A DNA stretch of 64,000 nucleotides from Bacteroidota bacterium (GTDB taxonomy: Bacteria > Bacteroidota > Bacteroidia > UBA4408), in the NCBI GenBank assembly GCA_040385525.1, contig JAZKHE010000005.1, positions 10,819 to 74,818 of the forward strand, written 5' to 3'. Positions 48,083 to 55,852 of this stretch are shown here, piece by piece. Position 1 is the first letter of the stretch; the number at the start of each line of letters is the position of its first letter. Both the position numbers and the translations under genes were made by a program. The notes under the pieces are model-generated. The model made no database searches, had not been told where the DNA came from, and saw only the letters and a list, made by a program, of their open reading frames with translations.

Positions 48083-50614
48083 ATGAAAATAAATTGCCTT
48101 AAAATAAGTTTTATACTATGCTTTGTTATTTTTCAAATCACTTTATTTTCGGGTAGTGTTTTTGCGCAAGTAACCATTGGTGGCGATGAGCAAACAATTG
48201 ATTACGCAAACCCAGTAGAATATGAAATAGGTGGAATTGTTGTTGAAGGAACAAACGTTCTTGATAAAAATGTTTTAATCTTGACTTCTGGTTTAACTGT
48301 TGGTGAAAAAATTCCTGTTCCGGGCGAAAAAATAAATAAGGCAATAGAAAATTTATGGGATTTAAATTTATTTTCTAATATTGATATTGTTGCAACAAAA
48401 ATTCAAGGGAAAACAATTTTTTTAAAAATAAAAATTCAGGAGCGACCTCGTTTATCAAGGTTTTCGTTTACAGGTGTAAAAAAATCAGAAGCAGATGATT
48501 TGCGCGAAAAGATAAATTTAACCAAAGGAAAAATTGTAACCGAAAATTTAATTGTTGCTACAAAAAATAAATGTCAGGAGTTTTTTGTTGATAAAGGATA
48601 TTTAAATTGCAAAGTAGATATAGACGAACAGTTAGATTCGTTAAAATCAAACAGCGTAACACTTGTTATTAAAGTAAAAAAGAACAAAAGAATAAAAATA
48701 AACGAAATCCAATTCGAAGGGAACACCGCATTATCAAACGGAAAAATGAAACGTTTGATGAAAGAAACCAAAGAAAAGCATTGGTATAATGTTTTTAAAT
48801 CTTCTAAATTTATTGAAGAAAATTTTACAGACGACAAACTTAAAATAATTGACAAATACAACTCTAAAGGTTTTAGAGATGCTAAAATTGTAATGGATAC
48901 TGTTTATCGTTTTAACGAAGAATTAGTAAACATTAAAATCAAAATTGACGAAGGGAGAAAATTCTATTTTAGAAATATAACGTGGGTAGGAAATGCCAAA
49001 CATTCAACAGAAGAATTAAACCGAATTTTAGGAATTAAAAAAGGGGATGTTTTTAATCAAGCTTTGTTAGACCAACGTTTGTTTATGAGTCAAGATAGTC
49101 GTGATGTAACTTCGCTTTACATGGACGACGGTTATTTGTTTTTTCAGGTAACACCAGTTGAAGTGTTTGTAGAAAACGATTCTATCGATTACGAAATGCG
49201 CATCTACGAGGGCAAGCAAGCCATCATTAACAAAGTAATTGTAATGGGTAATACCAAAACAAACGACAAAGTTATTATGCGCGAAATTAGAACCAAGCCA
49301 GGGCAATTGTTTAGTCGTGCAGATATTATTCGTTCGCAACGAGACCTTTCTCAACTACGGTATTTTAATGCAGAAAAAATGGGTGTAAATCCAAAACCAA
49401 ACCCAGTAGACGGAACGGTAGACATTGAATACACCGTAGAAGAACAACCTTCCGATCAAATTGAACTATCGGGTGGTTGGGGCGCAAACAGAATTGTTGG
49501 CACATTAGGTGTATCGTTTAATAATTTTTCTACAAAAAACTTTTTTAAGAAAAATGCTTGGAAACCTTTACCAGCGGGCGATGGACAAACTATGAGTATT
49601 CGTGCTCAATCAAACGGATTATTTTTTCAATCGTATAATGCAACATTTATTGAACCTTGGTTAGGCGGAAAAAAACCAAATTCGCTTAGCGTAACAGTTT
49701 ATCACACAGTTCAATCTAACGGTGTAAAAAAGAGCACTGGTACTCGCCAGTCCTTAACAACAACAGGTGTTGCGTTAGGTTTAGGCAAACGTTTAAAAGT
49801 GCCCGATGATTATTTTCAATTGTACCAAGAGTTAAATTATCAGCATTTTGTACTAAACAAATTTTCAGGATTTATAAATGATTTTACTGATGGTATTTCT
49901 GATGTGTATAGCTACAAAGTAAACTTAACACGTAGTTCAATAGATGCGCCAATTTACCCAAGAAAAGGTTCTCAAATTAGCGCAACATTACAGCTTACAC
50001 CACCTTATTCATACTTTCGTAAAGATAGTTTAGGAAACGATGTAGATTATGGTGCATGGACAAACCAAGAAAAATACAAATTAGTAGAATACCACAAATG
50101 GAAATTTTCTAGCTCTTGGTTTACTGAGCTTACAAAAAACTTAGTGTTAAACACTAAAGTAGGTTTTGGTATTTTGGGTGGTTACAACAAACAATTAGGG
50201 ATTTCGCCTTTTGAGCGTTTCCGTTTGGGAGGTAGTGGTTTAACAGGTTTTAATTTAACAGGAACCGAAATTATTGCATTAAGAGGTTATGATGATGGCT
50301 CGCTATCTGCCTTTGGTGGTGCAACAACAATTGCAAAATATACAGCAGAGTTACGTTACCCAGTTTCATTAAATCCGCAAGCAACTATTTATGGTTTAGC
50401 TTTTGCAGAGGCAGGAAACTCTTGGAGTTCATTAAAATATTTTAATCCTTATGATGTAAAACGTTCTGCGGGTGTTGGTGTGCGTATATTTTTACCTATG
50501 TTTGGCTTGCTAGGATTGGATTATGGTTGGAGATTTGATGAAGTAGAAAACTATCCAAATATGAAAAAATCGCAGTTCCATTTTACAATTGGTATGAATA
50601 TTGGTGATTTATAA
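48083..50614 (+). CDS. bamA: Outer-membrane protein assembly factor BamA
   Basis: POTRA repeats (GNTKTNDKVIMREI), ELSGGWG, LRGYD, AELRYP, VKRSAGVGVRIFLPMFGLLGLDYG and terminal F. Confidence 0.96.
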   Translation: MKINCLKISFILCFVIFQITLFSGSVFAQVTIGGDEQTIDYANPVEYEIGGIVVEGTNVLDKNVLILTSGLTVGEKIPVPGEKINKAIENLWDLNLFSNIDIVATKIQGKTIFLKIKIQERPRLSRFSFTGVKKSEADDLREKINLTKGKIVTENLIVATKNKCQEFFVDKGYLNCKVDIDEQLDSLKSNSVTLVIKVKKNKRIKINEIQFEGNTALSNGKMKRLMKETKEKHWYNVFKSSKFIEENFTDDKLKIIDKYNSKGFRDAKIVMDTVYRFNEELVNIKIKIDEGRKFYFRNITWVGNAKHSTEELNRILGIKKGDVFNQALLDQRLFMSQDSRDVTSLYMDDGYLFFQVTPVEVFVENDSIDYEMRIYEGKQAIINKVIVMGNTKTNDKVIMREIRTKPGQLFSRADIIRSQRDLSQLRYFNAEKMGVNPKPNPVDGTVDIEYTVEEQPSDQIELSGGWGANRIVGTLGVSFNNFSTKNFFKKNAWKPLPAGDGQTMSIRAQSNGLFFQSYNATFIEPWLGGKKPNSLSVTVYHTVQSNGVKKSTGTRQSLTTTGVALGLGKRLKVPDDYFQLYQELNYQHFVLNKFSGFINDFTDGISDVYSYKVNLTRSSIDAPIYPRKGSQISATLQLTPPYSYFRKDSLGNDVDYGAWTNQEKYKLVEYHKWKFSSSWFTELTKNLVLNTKVGFGILGGYNKQLGISPFERFRLGGSGLTGFNLTGTEIIALRGYDDGSLSAFGGATTIAKYTAELRYPVSLNPQATIYGLAFAEAGNSWSSLKYFNPYDVKRSAGVGVRIFLPMFGLLGLDYGWRFDEVENYPNMKKSQFHFTIGMNIGDL

Positions 50615-50651
50615 ATAATTCGTATTTTAGTAACCTTAAAATTTATATTTT

Positions 50652-51194
50652 ATGAAAAAGTTATTTTTAGTTGCAATAGTTTCTTTAGGTATTTCTAGTT
50701 TTGCTTTTGCGCAAAAATATGCCTTTGTTGATACAGATTATATTTTAAAAAATATTCCTGAATATAATACTGCATTAACTACAGTAGATAATCAATCGGT
50801 TGAATGGCAAAAAGAAATTGAAGTTAAGTACGAAGAAATTGATAAAATGTATCGTGCGTTTCAAGCAGAGCAAATTTTGCTTACCGAAGAAATGAAACGT
50901 AAACGCGAAAACGAAATTATTAATAAAGAAAAAGAAGTAAAAGATTTGCAAAAACAACGTTTTGGAGTTGATGGCGATTTGTTTAAAAAGCGTCAAGAGC
51001 TAATAAAACCAGTGCAAGAAAAAGTGTACAACACCATTAAAATAATTGCAGAAAAACAACAATATCAAGTAATTTTTGATAAATCGAGCGATTTAAGTAT
51101 CTTGTACGCAAATCCAAAGCTTGATAAAAGCGATGCGGTTTTAGTAGAAATGGGATACAAAGTTGCTCCCGCTTCAGGAACAAAAAAGAAATAA
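50652..51194 (+). CDS. skp: OmpH/Skp periplasmic chaperone
   Basis: QKYAFVDTDYIL, coiled coil, and IFDKSSD...LYANPKLDKSD. Confidence 0.92.
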   Translation: MKKLFLVAIVSLGISSFAFAQKYAFVDTDYILKNIPEYNTALTTVDNQSVEWQKEIEVKYEEIDKMYRAFQAEQILLTEEMKRKRENEIINKEKEVKDLQKQRFGVDGDLFKKRQELIKPVQEKVYNTIKIIAEKQQYQVIFDKSSDLSILYANPKLDKSDAVLVEMGYKVAPASGTKKK

Positions 51195-51229
51195 TAACCA
51201 AACAATTAAATTTAAAATAAAACAAAAAA

Positions 51230-51787
51230 ATGAAAAAGATTTTAACCATAGTAGCTGTAGCAGTTTTTGCTTTATCAGGTAATGTGTTTGCACAAAAAAC
51301 AGGACACGTTAACTTAAACGATTTGTTATTGTTAATGCCTGAGCGTAAAAAAGCGGAAGAAGAAATTCAAACTTACGCTAAAGAATTGGATACAAAATTA
51401 CGTTCAATGTCATCAGAATACGAAGCTAAAATACAAGAGTACCAAGCTAAAGAAGCTTTAATGACTGATCCTATTAAACAAGACAAGCAAAAAGAAATTG
51501 CAAGTTTAGAAGATAGAATTAAAGATTTTCAAACTACAGCTCAAGAGTCGTTACAAAAAAAACAAAACGATTTATTAGAGCCAATGGTAGCAAAAGCTAA
51601 AAAAGCAATTGAAGATGTTGCTAAAGAAGCAGGTTACCGCAATGTAATTGATAGCAGCATGGGTGTTATGTTATACAGTAATCCTGATGATGATTTAATG
51701 CCATTGGTTAAGAAAAAATTAAACTTAACAACGCCAACTCCAGCAGCAGGAACAGCTCCAGGAGCTGTTAAGCCAGCAGGAAAATAA
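51230..51787 (+). CDS. skp: OmpH/Skp periplasmic chaperone, second copy
   Basis: QKTGHVNLNDLL, coiled coil, and LLEPM...GYRNVID...DDDLMPLVKKKL. Confidence 0.9.
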   Translation: MKKILTIVAVAVFALSGNVFAQKTGHVNLNDLLLLMPERKKAEEEIQTYAKELDTKLRSMSSEYEAKIQEYQAKEALMTDPIKQDKQKEIASLEDRIKDFQTTAQESLQKKQNDLLEPMVAKAKKAIEDVAKEAGYRNVIDSSMGVMLYSNPDDDLMPLVKKKLNLTTPTPAAGTAPGAVKPAGK

Positions 51788-51810
51788 TTTTAAAAATTAA
51801 AATTAAATAT

Positions 51811-51843
51811 AGCCCTTTCGATTTTCGGAAGGGCTTTTTTTTA
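51811..51843 (+). terminator. Intrinsic terminator after skp-skp
   Basis: agccctttcga-ttt-tcggaagggct stem followed by a T run. Confidence 0.85.
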
Positions 51844-51849
51844 TATTTG
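51842..51849 (+). promoter_or_regulatory. -7 promoter element of murI
   Basis: TATATTTG ending 4 nt before the ATG, directly after the terminator T run. Confidence 0.55.
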
Positions 51850-51853
51850 TAGT

Positions 51854-52687
51854 ATGGCTGAAAATAAAAATAGAGACGCAAAAAATCCCATTGGAATTTT
51901 TGATTCTGGTATTGGAGGATTAACAGTTGCTGCAGCCATACAAAAGCAGTTGCCTAACGAAACCTTAATTTATTTTGGCGATACTGCGCACATGCCTTAT
52001 GGCGACAAATCACAAGAGCTAATACGTTCGTACGCTAGTTCAATAACAAACTTTTTTTTGAAAGAAAAAAATTGCAAAGCAGTTGTAATTGCTTGCAACA
52101 CAGCTTCGGCAGCAGCTTACGAAACTTTGCGCGATTTGTATAAAGGCATAATTCCTGTTATAAATGTTATCGACCCAATGGTAGAAGCCGTTATAAACGA
52201 TGATAATATTACAAAAGTTGGTGTAATTGCCACCAAAGCAACTATAAATTCTGGAGTGTATGCCGAAAAATTTTCGCGCAGAAAACCAGAGCTAAAATAT
52301 GCCGAGTTAGCTACGCCACTTTTAGCGCCCATGATTGAAGAAGGTTTTTATAACAGTAATATTAGCGATGCCGTTTTAGAAAATTATTTGTCGCAAAACG
52401 AATTGCAAGGTATTGATGCTTTGGTTTTGGCGTGTACGCATTATCCGTTAATTAAAGCAGAAATTAATAATTTTTATAACGGAAAAGTAAAAATATTTGA
52501 TTCAGCAGAAGTTGTTGCAAACAAATTAAAATGGGTGCTAGAAAAAGAAAATTTAATGAACGATAAAAAAGAAATTCCTAATTCTTTTTTTGTTTCAGAT
52601 TACACCAAATCGTTTGAAGAAAGCACAAAAATATTTTTTAAAGGAAAAGTACATTTAGAACACATGCCCATTTGGGATAATGAATAA
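51854..52687 (+). CDS. murI: Glutamate racemase
   Basis: IGIFDSGIGGLTV, GDTAHMPYG, IACNTAS and LACTHYP. Confidence 0.97.
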   Translation: MAENKNRDAKNPIGIFDSGIGGLTVAAAIQKQLPNETLIYFGDTAHMPYGDKSQELIRSYASSITNFFLKEKNCKAVVIACNTASAAAYETLRDLYKGIIPVINVIDPMVEAVINDDNITKVGVIATKATINSGVYAEKFSRRKPELKYAELATPLLAPMIEEGFYNSNISDAVLENYLSQNELQGIDALVLACTHYPLIKAEINNFYNGKVKIFDSAEVVANKLKWVLEKENLMNDKKEIPNSFFVSDYTKSFEESTKIFFKGKVHLEHMPIWDNE

Positions 52688-52698
52688 AAAAATAATTT

Positions 52699-52835
52699 AC
52701 CACATAGAGACATAGAAGTATAGAGTTTATGAATAAAGCAGTTTAAAGGTTTTGCATAGTTAAATTGAAACAAAGTTTCAATTCTATGTTTTTCTTTATA
52801 ACTAACAATCATTTCTTGCTATGTGCCTATGTGGT
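52699..52835. repeat. 137-bp intergenic element with 17-bp imperfect terminal inverted repeats (MITE-like)
   Basis: accacatagagacatag (52699-52715) versus ctatgtgcctatgtggt (52819-52835): 15/17 as reverse complements. Confidence 0.65.
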
Positions 52836-52851
52836 GTAAAAAAATAATATT

Positions 52852-53433
52852 ATGAAAAAATTATTACTATTTTGTTTTGTACTTTGTTACAATTTCTCTT
52901 TTTCGCAAACCATTAAAGAAGCTAAACAAGCTTTAGCCGAAGAAAAAGACGAGCGTATTTCTATTTACAAATACGATTATAAACTAACAGATATTGATGG
53001 CAAAACAGTAGACTTAAAAAAGTTTAAAGGACAAAAACTGATGCTTGTAAACACTGCCTCAAAAGATGGCGGAACAACACAGTTGGGTGCAATGCAGCAG
53101 CTTCATAAAAAGTATGGTAAAACGTTAAAAATTATCGCTTTTCCGTGCAACGATTTTGGTAAAGAACCAGCTGAAAACAAAGACATAAAAAAGTTTTATG
53201 AGCAAAGTTATGGCGTTGATTTTTTTGTTCATAGCAAAACAAATTGCAAAGGAAATACCGCGCACGATGTATATAAATATATTTCGAGCAAAACATTAAA
53301 CGGCACTAACGATAATGCAATTGAAACTAACTTTTGCAAAATTTTAATTAACGAAGATGGTAAAATAGATGCCATTCATCCTTCAAAAAAAAATCTAAAC
53401 AGTCAAGAAATTATTAGTTGGATAGAAAAGTAG
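52852..53433 (+). CDS. Secreted glutathione-peroxidase-fold protein lacking catalytic residues
   Basis: DIDGKTVDLKKFKGQKLMLVNTASK, IIAFPCNDFG and NFCKILINEDG match the GPx family, but the peroxidatic Cys position is Asp (GAT, 53065-53067). Confidence 0.82.
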   Translation: MKKLLLFCFVLCYNFSFSQTIKEAKQALAEEKDERISIYKYDYKLTDIDGKTVDLKKFKGQKLMLVNTASKDGGTTQLGAMQQLHKKYGKTLKIIAFPCNDFGKEPAENKDIKKFYEQSYGVDFFVHSKTNCKGNTAHDVYKYISSKTLNGTNDNAIETNFCKILINEDGKIDAIHPSKKNLNSQEIISWIEK

Positions 53434-53508
53434 TACAAAGTATTAAGTCGTAAGTACTAAGTTTTTGGTTTCAGGTTTACAGTTTACGGTTGTTAGTTTT
53501 TGGTCAGT
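53432..53508. repeat. Heptamer array (RGT-N4)x11
   Basis: agtacaa agtatta agtcgta agtacta agttttt ggtttca ggtttac agtttac ggttgtt agttttt ggtcagt. Confidence 0.85.
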
Positions 53509-53515
53509 GTTTTTT

Positions 53516-53540
53516 TGTCATTCTGAGGTACGAAGAATCT
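53516..53540. repeat. REP-like element
   Basis: tgtcattctgaggtacgaagaatct, similar to 22319-22345. Confidence 0.55.
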
Positions 53541-53634
53541 AAACGCCAACAAATTTGAGCGGTACGAAGTAAACGAGAAGAAGAAATAGATTTTTTCTCT
53601 AGACTTATTATTTAGTTTTTAAAATTAATATCCG

Positions 53635-53642
53635 TAAATTTG
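53635..53642 (+). promoter_or_regulatory. -7 promoter element of the second TA pair
   Basis: TAAATTTG 19 nt upstream of the antitoxin ATG. Confidence 0.5.
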
Positions 53643-53661
53643 GGTTAGAAAAAATTAAAAA

Positions 53662-53901
53662 ATGACTACTAACGCACTTCGTAAAAAAGTTATTGAATAT
53701 GTAAGTAATGCTGAACCAAACGTGTTGGAGGCAGTTTACAAAATACTACAAGTAATTGAAGGCGACGACTCAAGTAGTTTAATGACTGAAAGCCAAAAAG
53801 CAGAAGTTGAAAAACGATCTACATTATTAAGAGCAGGTAAACTAAAAACAACTTCTTGGGCTGATGTAAAAAAAAATGCTCACGCCAGTAGAAAAAAATA
53901 A
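53662..53901 (+). CDS. Addiction-module-type antitoxin
   Basis: MTESQKAEVEKR...GKLKTTSWADVKK. TAATG overlap with the toxin. Confidence 0.75.
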   Translation: MTTNALRKKVIEYVSNAEPNVLEAVYKILQVIEGDDSSSLMTESQKAEVEKRSTLLRAGKLKTTSWADVKKNAHASRKK

Positions 53902-54194
53902 TGGCAGTTTATAAAATTTCTTTTGCTACTCTAGCCGAAACAGAAATTATAGATGCTTATAATTTTTATGAAGATAAACAGAAAAACCTTGGTGAGCGTT
54001 TTTTGACGACAATACAAACTTCAATAAACAGCATCAAGCTAAATCCTTTTATTTATCAGCGAAAGTATAAACATTTTAGAGAGGCATTCGTAAAAAAATT
54101 CCCTTACTTCTTAGTTTACGAAATTATTGGAGATACTATTGTGGTTGTATCCGTTTTTCACACAAGCAAAAACCCTAAGTATAAAACCAGCTAA
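53901..54194 (+). CDS. RelE/ParE family toxin
   Basis: AETEIIDAYNFYEDKQKNLGERF...KKFPYFLVYEI...VVSVFHTSKNP. Confidence 0.88.
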   Translation: MAVYKISFATLAETEIIDAYNFYEDKQKNLGERFLTTIQTSINSIKLNPFIYQRKYKHFREAFVKKFPYFLVYEIIGDTIVVVSVFHTSKNPKYKTS

Positions 54195-54274
54195 CAATTT
54201 GCTGTTTTTCTTTCTCACAAAAAACTTAAAAAACTTTCTCTTATAAACTCATTAGCTAACCAACTTATCCACAA

Positions 54275-54340
54275 TCTTAGTTCTTGATTCTTATGTCTTA
54301 AATCTATCCTACTTCTTTCTACCTTGTACTTTCTACTTAC
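54275..54340. repeat. Pyrimidine-rich heptamer array (TCT-N4)x5 plus period-7 TAC units
   Basis: tcttagt tcttgat tcttatg tcttaaa tctatcc, then tac at 54320, 54327 and 54334. Confidence 0.7.
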
Positions 54341-54354
54341 TTAACTAAAAATCT

Positions 54355-54362
54355 TAACTTTG
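54355..54362 (+). promoter_or_regulatory. -7 promoter element of mrp
   Basis: TAACTTTG 17 nt upstream of the ATG. Confidence 0.5.
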
Positions 54363-54379
54363 TAAAAAAATTTGTCAAA

Positions 54380-55477
54380 ATGAGTATTACTAAAGAAGCG
54401 GTTTTAGAAGCATTAAAAAATGTTGACGATCCCGATTTAAAAAAAGATATTGTAACCCTTGGTATGGTGCGCGATTTAGAGGTAAATGGTAAAGATGTAA
54501 CTTTTACGGTTATGCTAACTACACCAGCTTGCCCTATGAAAGAAATGATTCATAAAGCATCGGTAAACGCCGTGTTACATTTTGTTGATAAAGATGCAAA
54601 TGTAAACGTAAAGATGGATGCCGATGTAACTTCGCGCCGTGGCGATAGCCGACCATTGTTACCTAAAGTAAAAAATATTATTGCTATTGCTTCGGGCAAA
54701 GGTGGTGTTGGTAAATCAACAATATCGAGCAATTTAGCGGTTGCATTAGCAAAACAAGGTGCAAAAGTAGGTTTGGTAGATGCCGATATTCACGGGCCAT
54801 CAATACCAATTATGTTTGACGTAGTGCACGAAAAGCCTACCATTAAACAAATTGACGGGCAAAATTTTATTGTCCCTATAGAAAGTTATGGTATAAAATT
54901 ATTATCGATTGGTTTTTTTGCCGACCCAGAGCAAGCTGTGGTTTGGCGCGGACCAATGGCCACCAAAGCATTAACACAAATGTTTAGAGATGCCGATTGG
55001 GGCGACTTAGATTATTTATTAATTGATTTACCTCCTGGAACAGGTGATATTCACTTATCCTTAGTGCAAGCTGTGCCTTTAACCGGTGCTATTGTAGTAA
55101 GCACACCGCAAGAAGTTGCTTTGGCAGATGCTAAAAAAGGAGTTGCAATGTTTCAAATGCCTAACATAAACGTGCCTATTTTAGGTATAGTTGAGAACAT
55201 GGCTTATTTTACGCCGGATGAATTGCCAAACAATAAATACTACATTTTTGGAAAAGATGGTGCAAAAAACTTGGCAGAAAAGCTAAATGTGCCTTTGTTG
55301 GGTCAAATTCCTTTGGTGCAAAGCATAAGAGAGGCTGGCGATGCTGGTCGCCCGGCTGCCATGCAAGATAATACGCCACAAAGCAAAGCTTTTACCGATT
55401 TAGCAAAATCAGTAGCGCAGCAAGTAGCAATAAAAAATGCACAAGGAGCAACCACAGAAAAGATTCCGATGTCGTAA
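54380..55477 (+). CDS. mrp: Mrp/NBP35 (ApbC) Fe-S cluster carrier ATPase with N-terminal DUF59 domain
   Basis: DPDLKKDIVTLGMV, TPACPM, SGKGGVGKST, DADIHGPS, VWRGPM and DLPPGTGD. Confidence 0.95.
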   Translation: MSITKEAVLEALKNVDDPDLKKDIVTLGMVRDLEVNGKDVTFTVMLTTPACPMKEMIHKASVNAVLHFVDKDANVNVKMDADVTSRRGDSRPLLPKVKNIIAIASGKGGVGKSTISSNLAVALAKQGAKVGLVDADIHGPSIPIMFDVVHEKPTIKQIDGQNFIVPIESYGIKLLSIGFFADPEQAVVWRGPMATKALTQMFRDADWGDLDYLLIDLPPGTGDIHLSLVQAVPLTGAIVVSTPQEVALADAKKGVAMFQMPNINVPILGIVENMAYFTPDELPNNKYYIFGKDGAKNLAEKLNVPLLGQIPLVQSIREAGDAGRPAAMQDNTPQSKAFTDLAKSVAQQVAIKNAQGATTEKIPMS

Positions 55478-55516
55478 TTTTTTGTAATTTTGAATAGAAT
55501 TTAAACACATAAAAAA

Positions 55517-55780
55517 ATGGGAGTGATTACCGATCCGGTTATCATCAATAAAATTGAAGAAGCGCTAAAACAATTGCGCCCTTTTTTAGAGGCTGATGGA
55601 GGCGATATGTCGTTAGTAGAAGTTACTAGCGATTACGTAGTAAAAGTTAAATTACATGGTGCTTGCAGTTCGTGCAACATGAGTATGATGACTTTAAAAG
55701 CAGGAGTAGAAGAAGCAGTTAAAAGAGCGGTTCCAGAGGTTGTTTCGGTTGAAGCAGTAAATATGCTAAAACCAGCTTAA
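55517..55780 (+). CDS. NifU/NfuA-type Fe-S carrier
   Basis: LRPFLEADGGD and LHGACSSC. TAATTTTG promoter motif at 55485-55492. Confidence 0.92.
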   Translation: MGVITDPVIINKIEEALKQLRPFLEADGGDMSLVEVTSDYVVKVKLHGACSSCNMSMMTLKAGVEEAVKRAVPEVVSVEAVNMLKPA

Positions 55781-55852
55781 GTTTTTCCGAACTTATTTCA
55801 ATAACTATTGTTCTTATCTAAATTGCAATTTGCTCCATAATCTAATTTACAC

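Noticed and set aside
53062-53070. Selenocysteine recoding in the GPx homolog
   Set aside because: The active-site codon is in-frame GAT (Asp), not TGA.
53433-54379. Target-site duplication around the second TA pair
   Set aside because: I compared the GPx 3' end with the downstream intergenic DNA and found no direct repeat like the fabF one.
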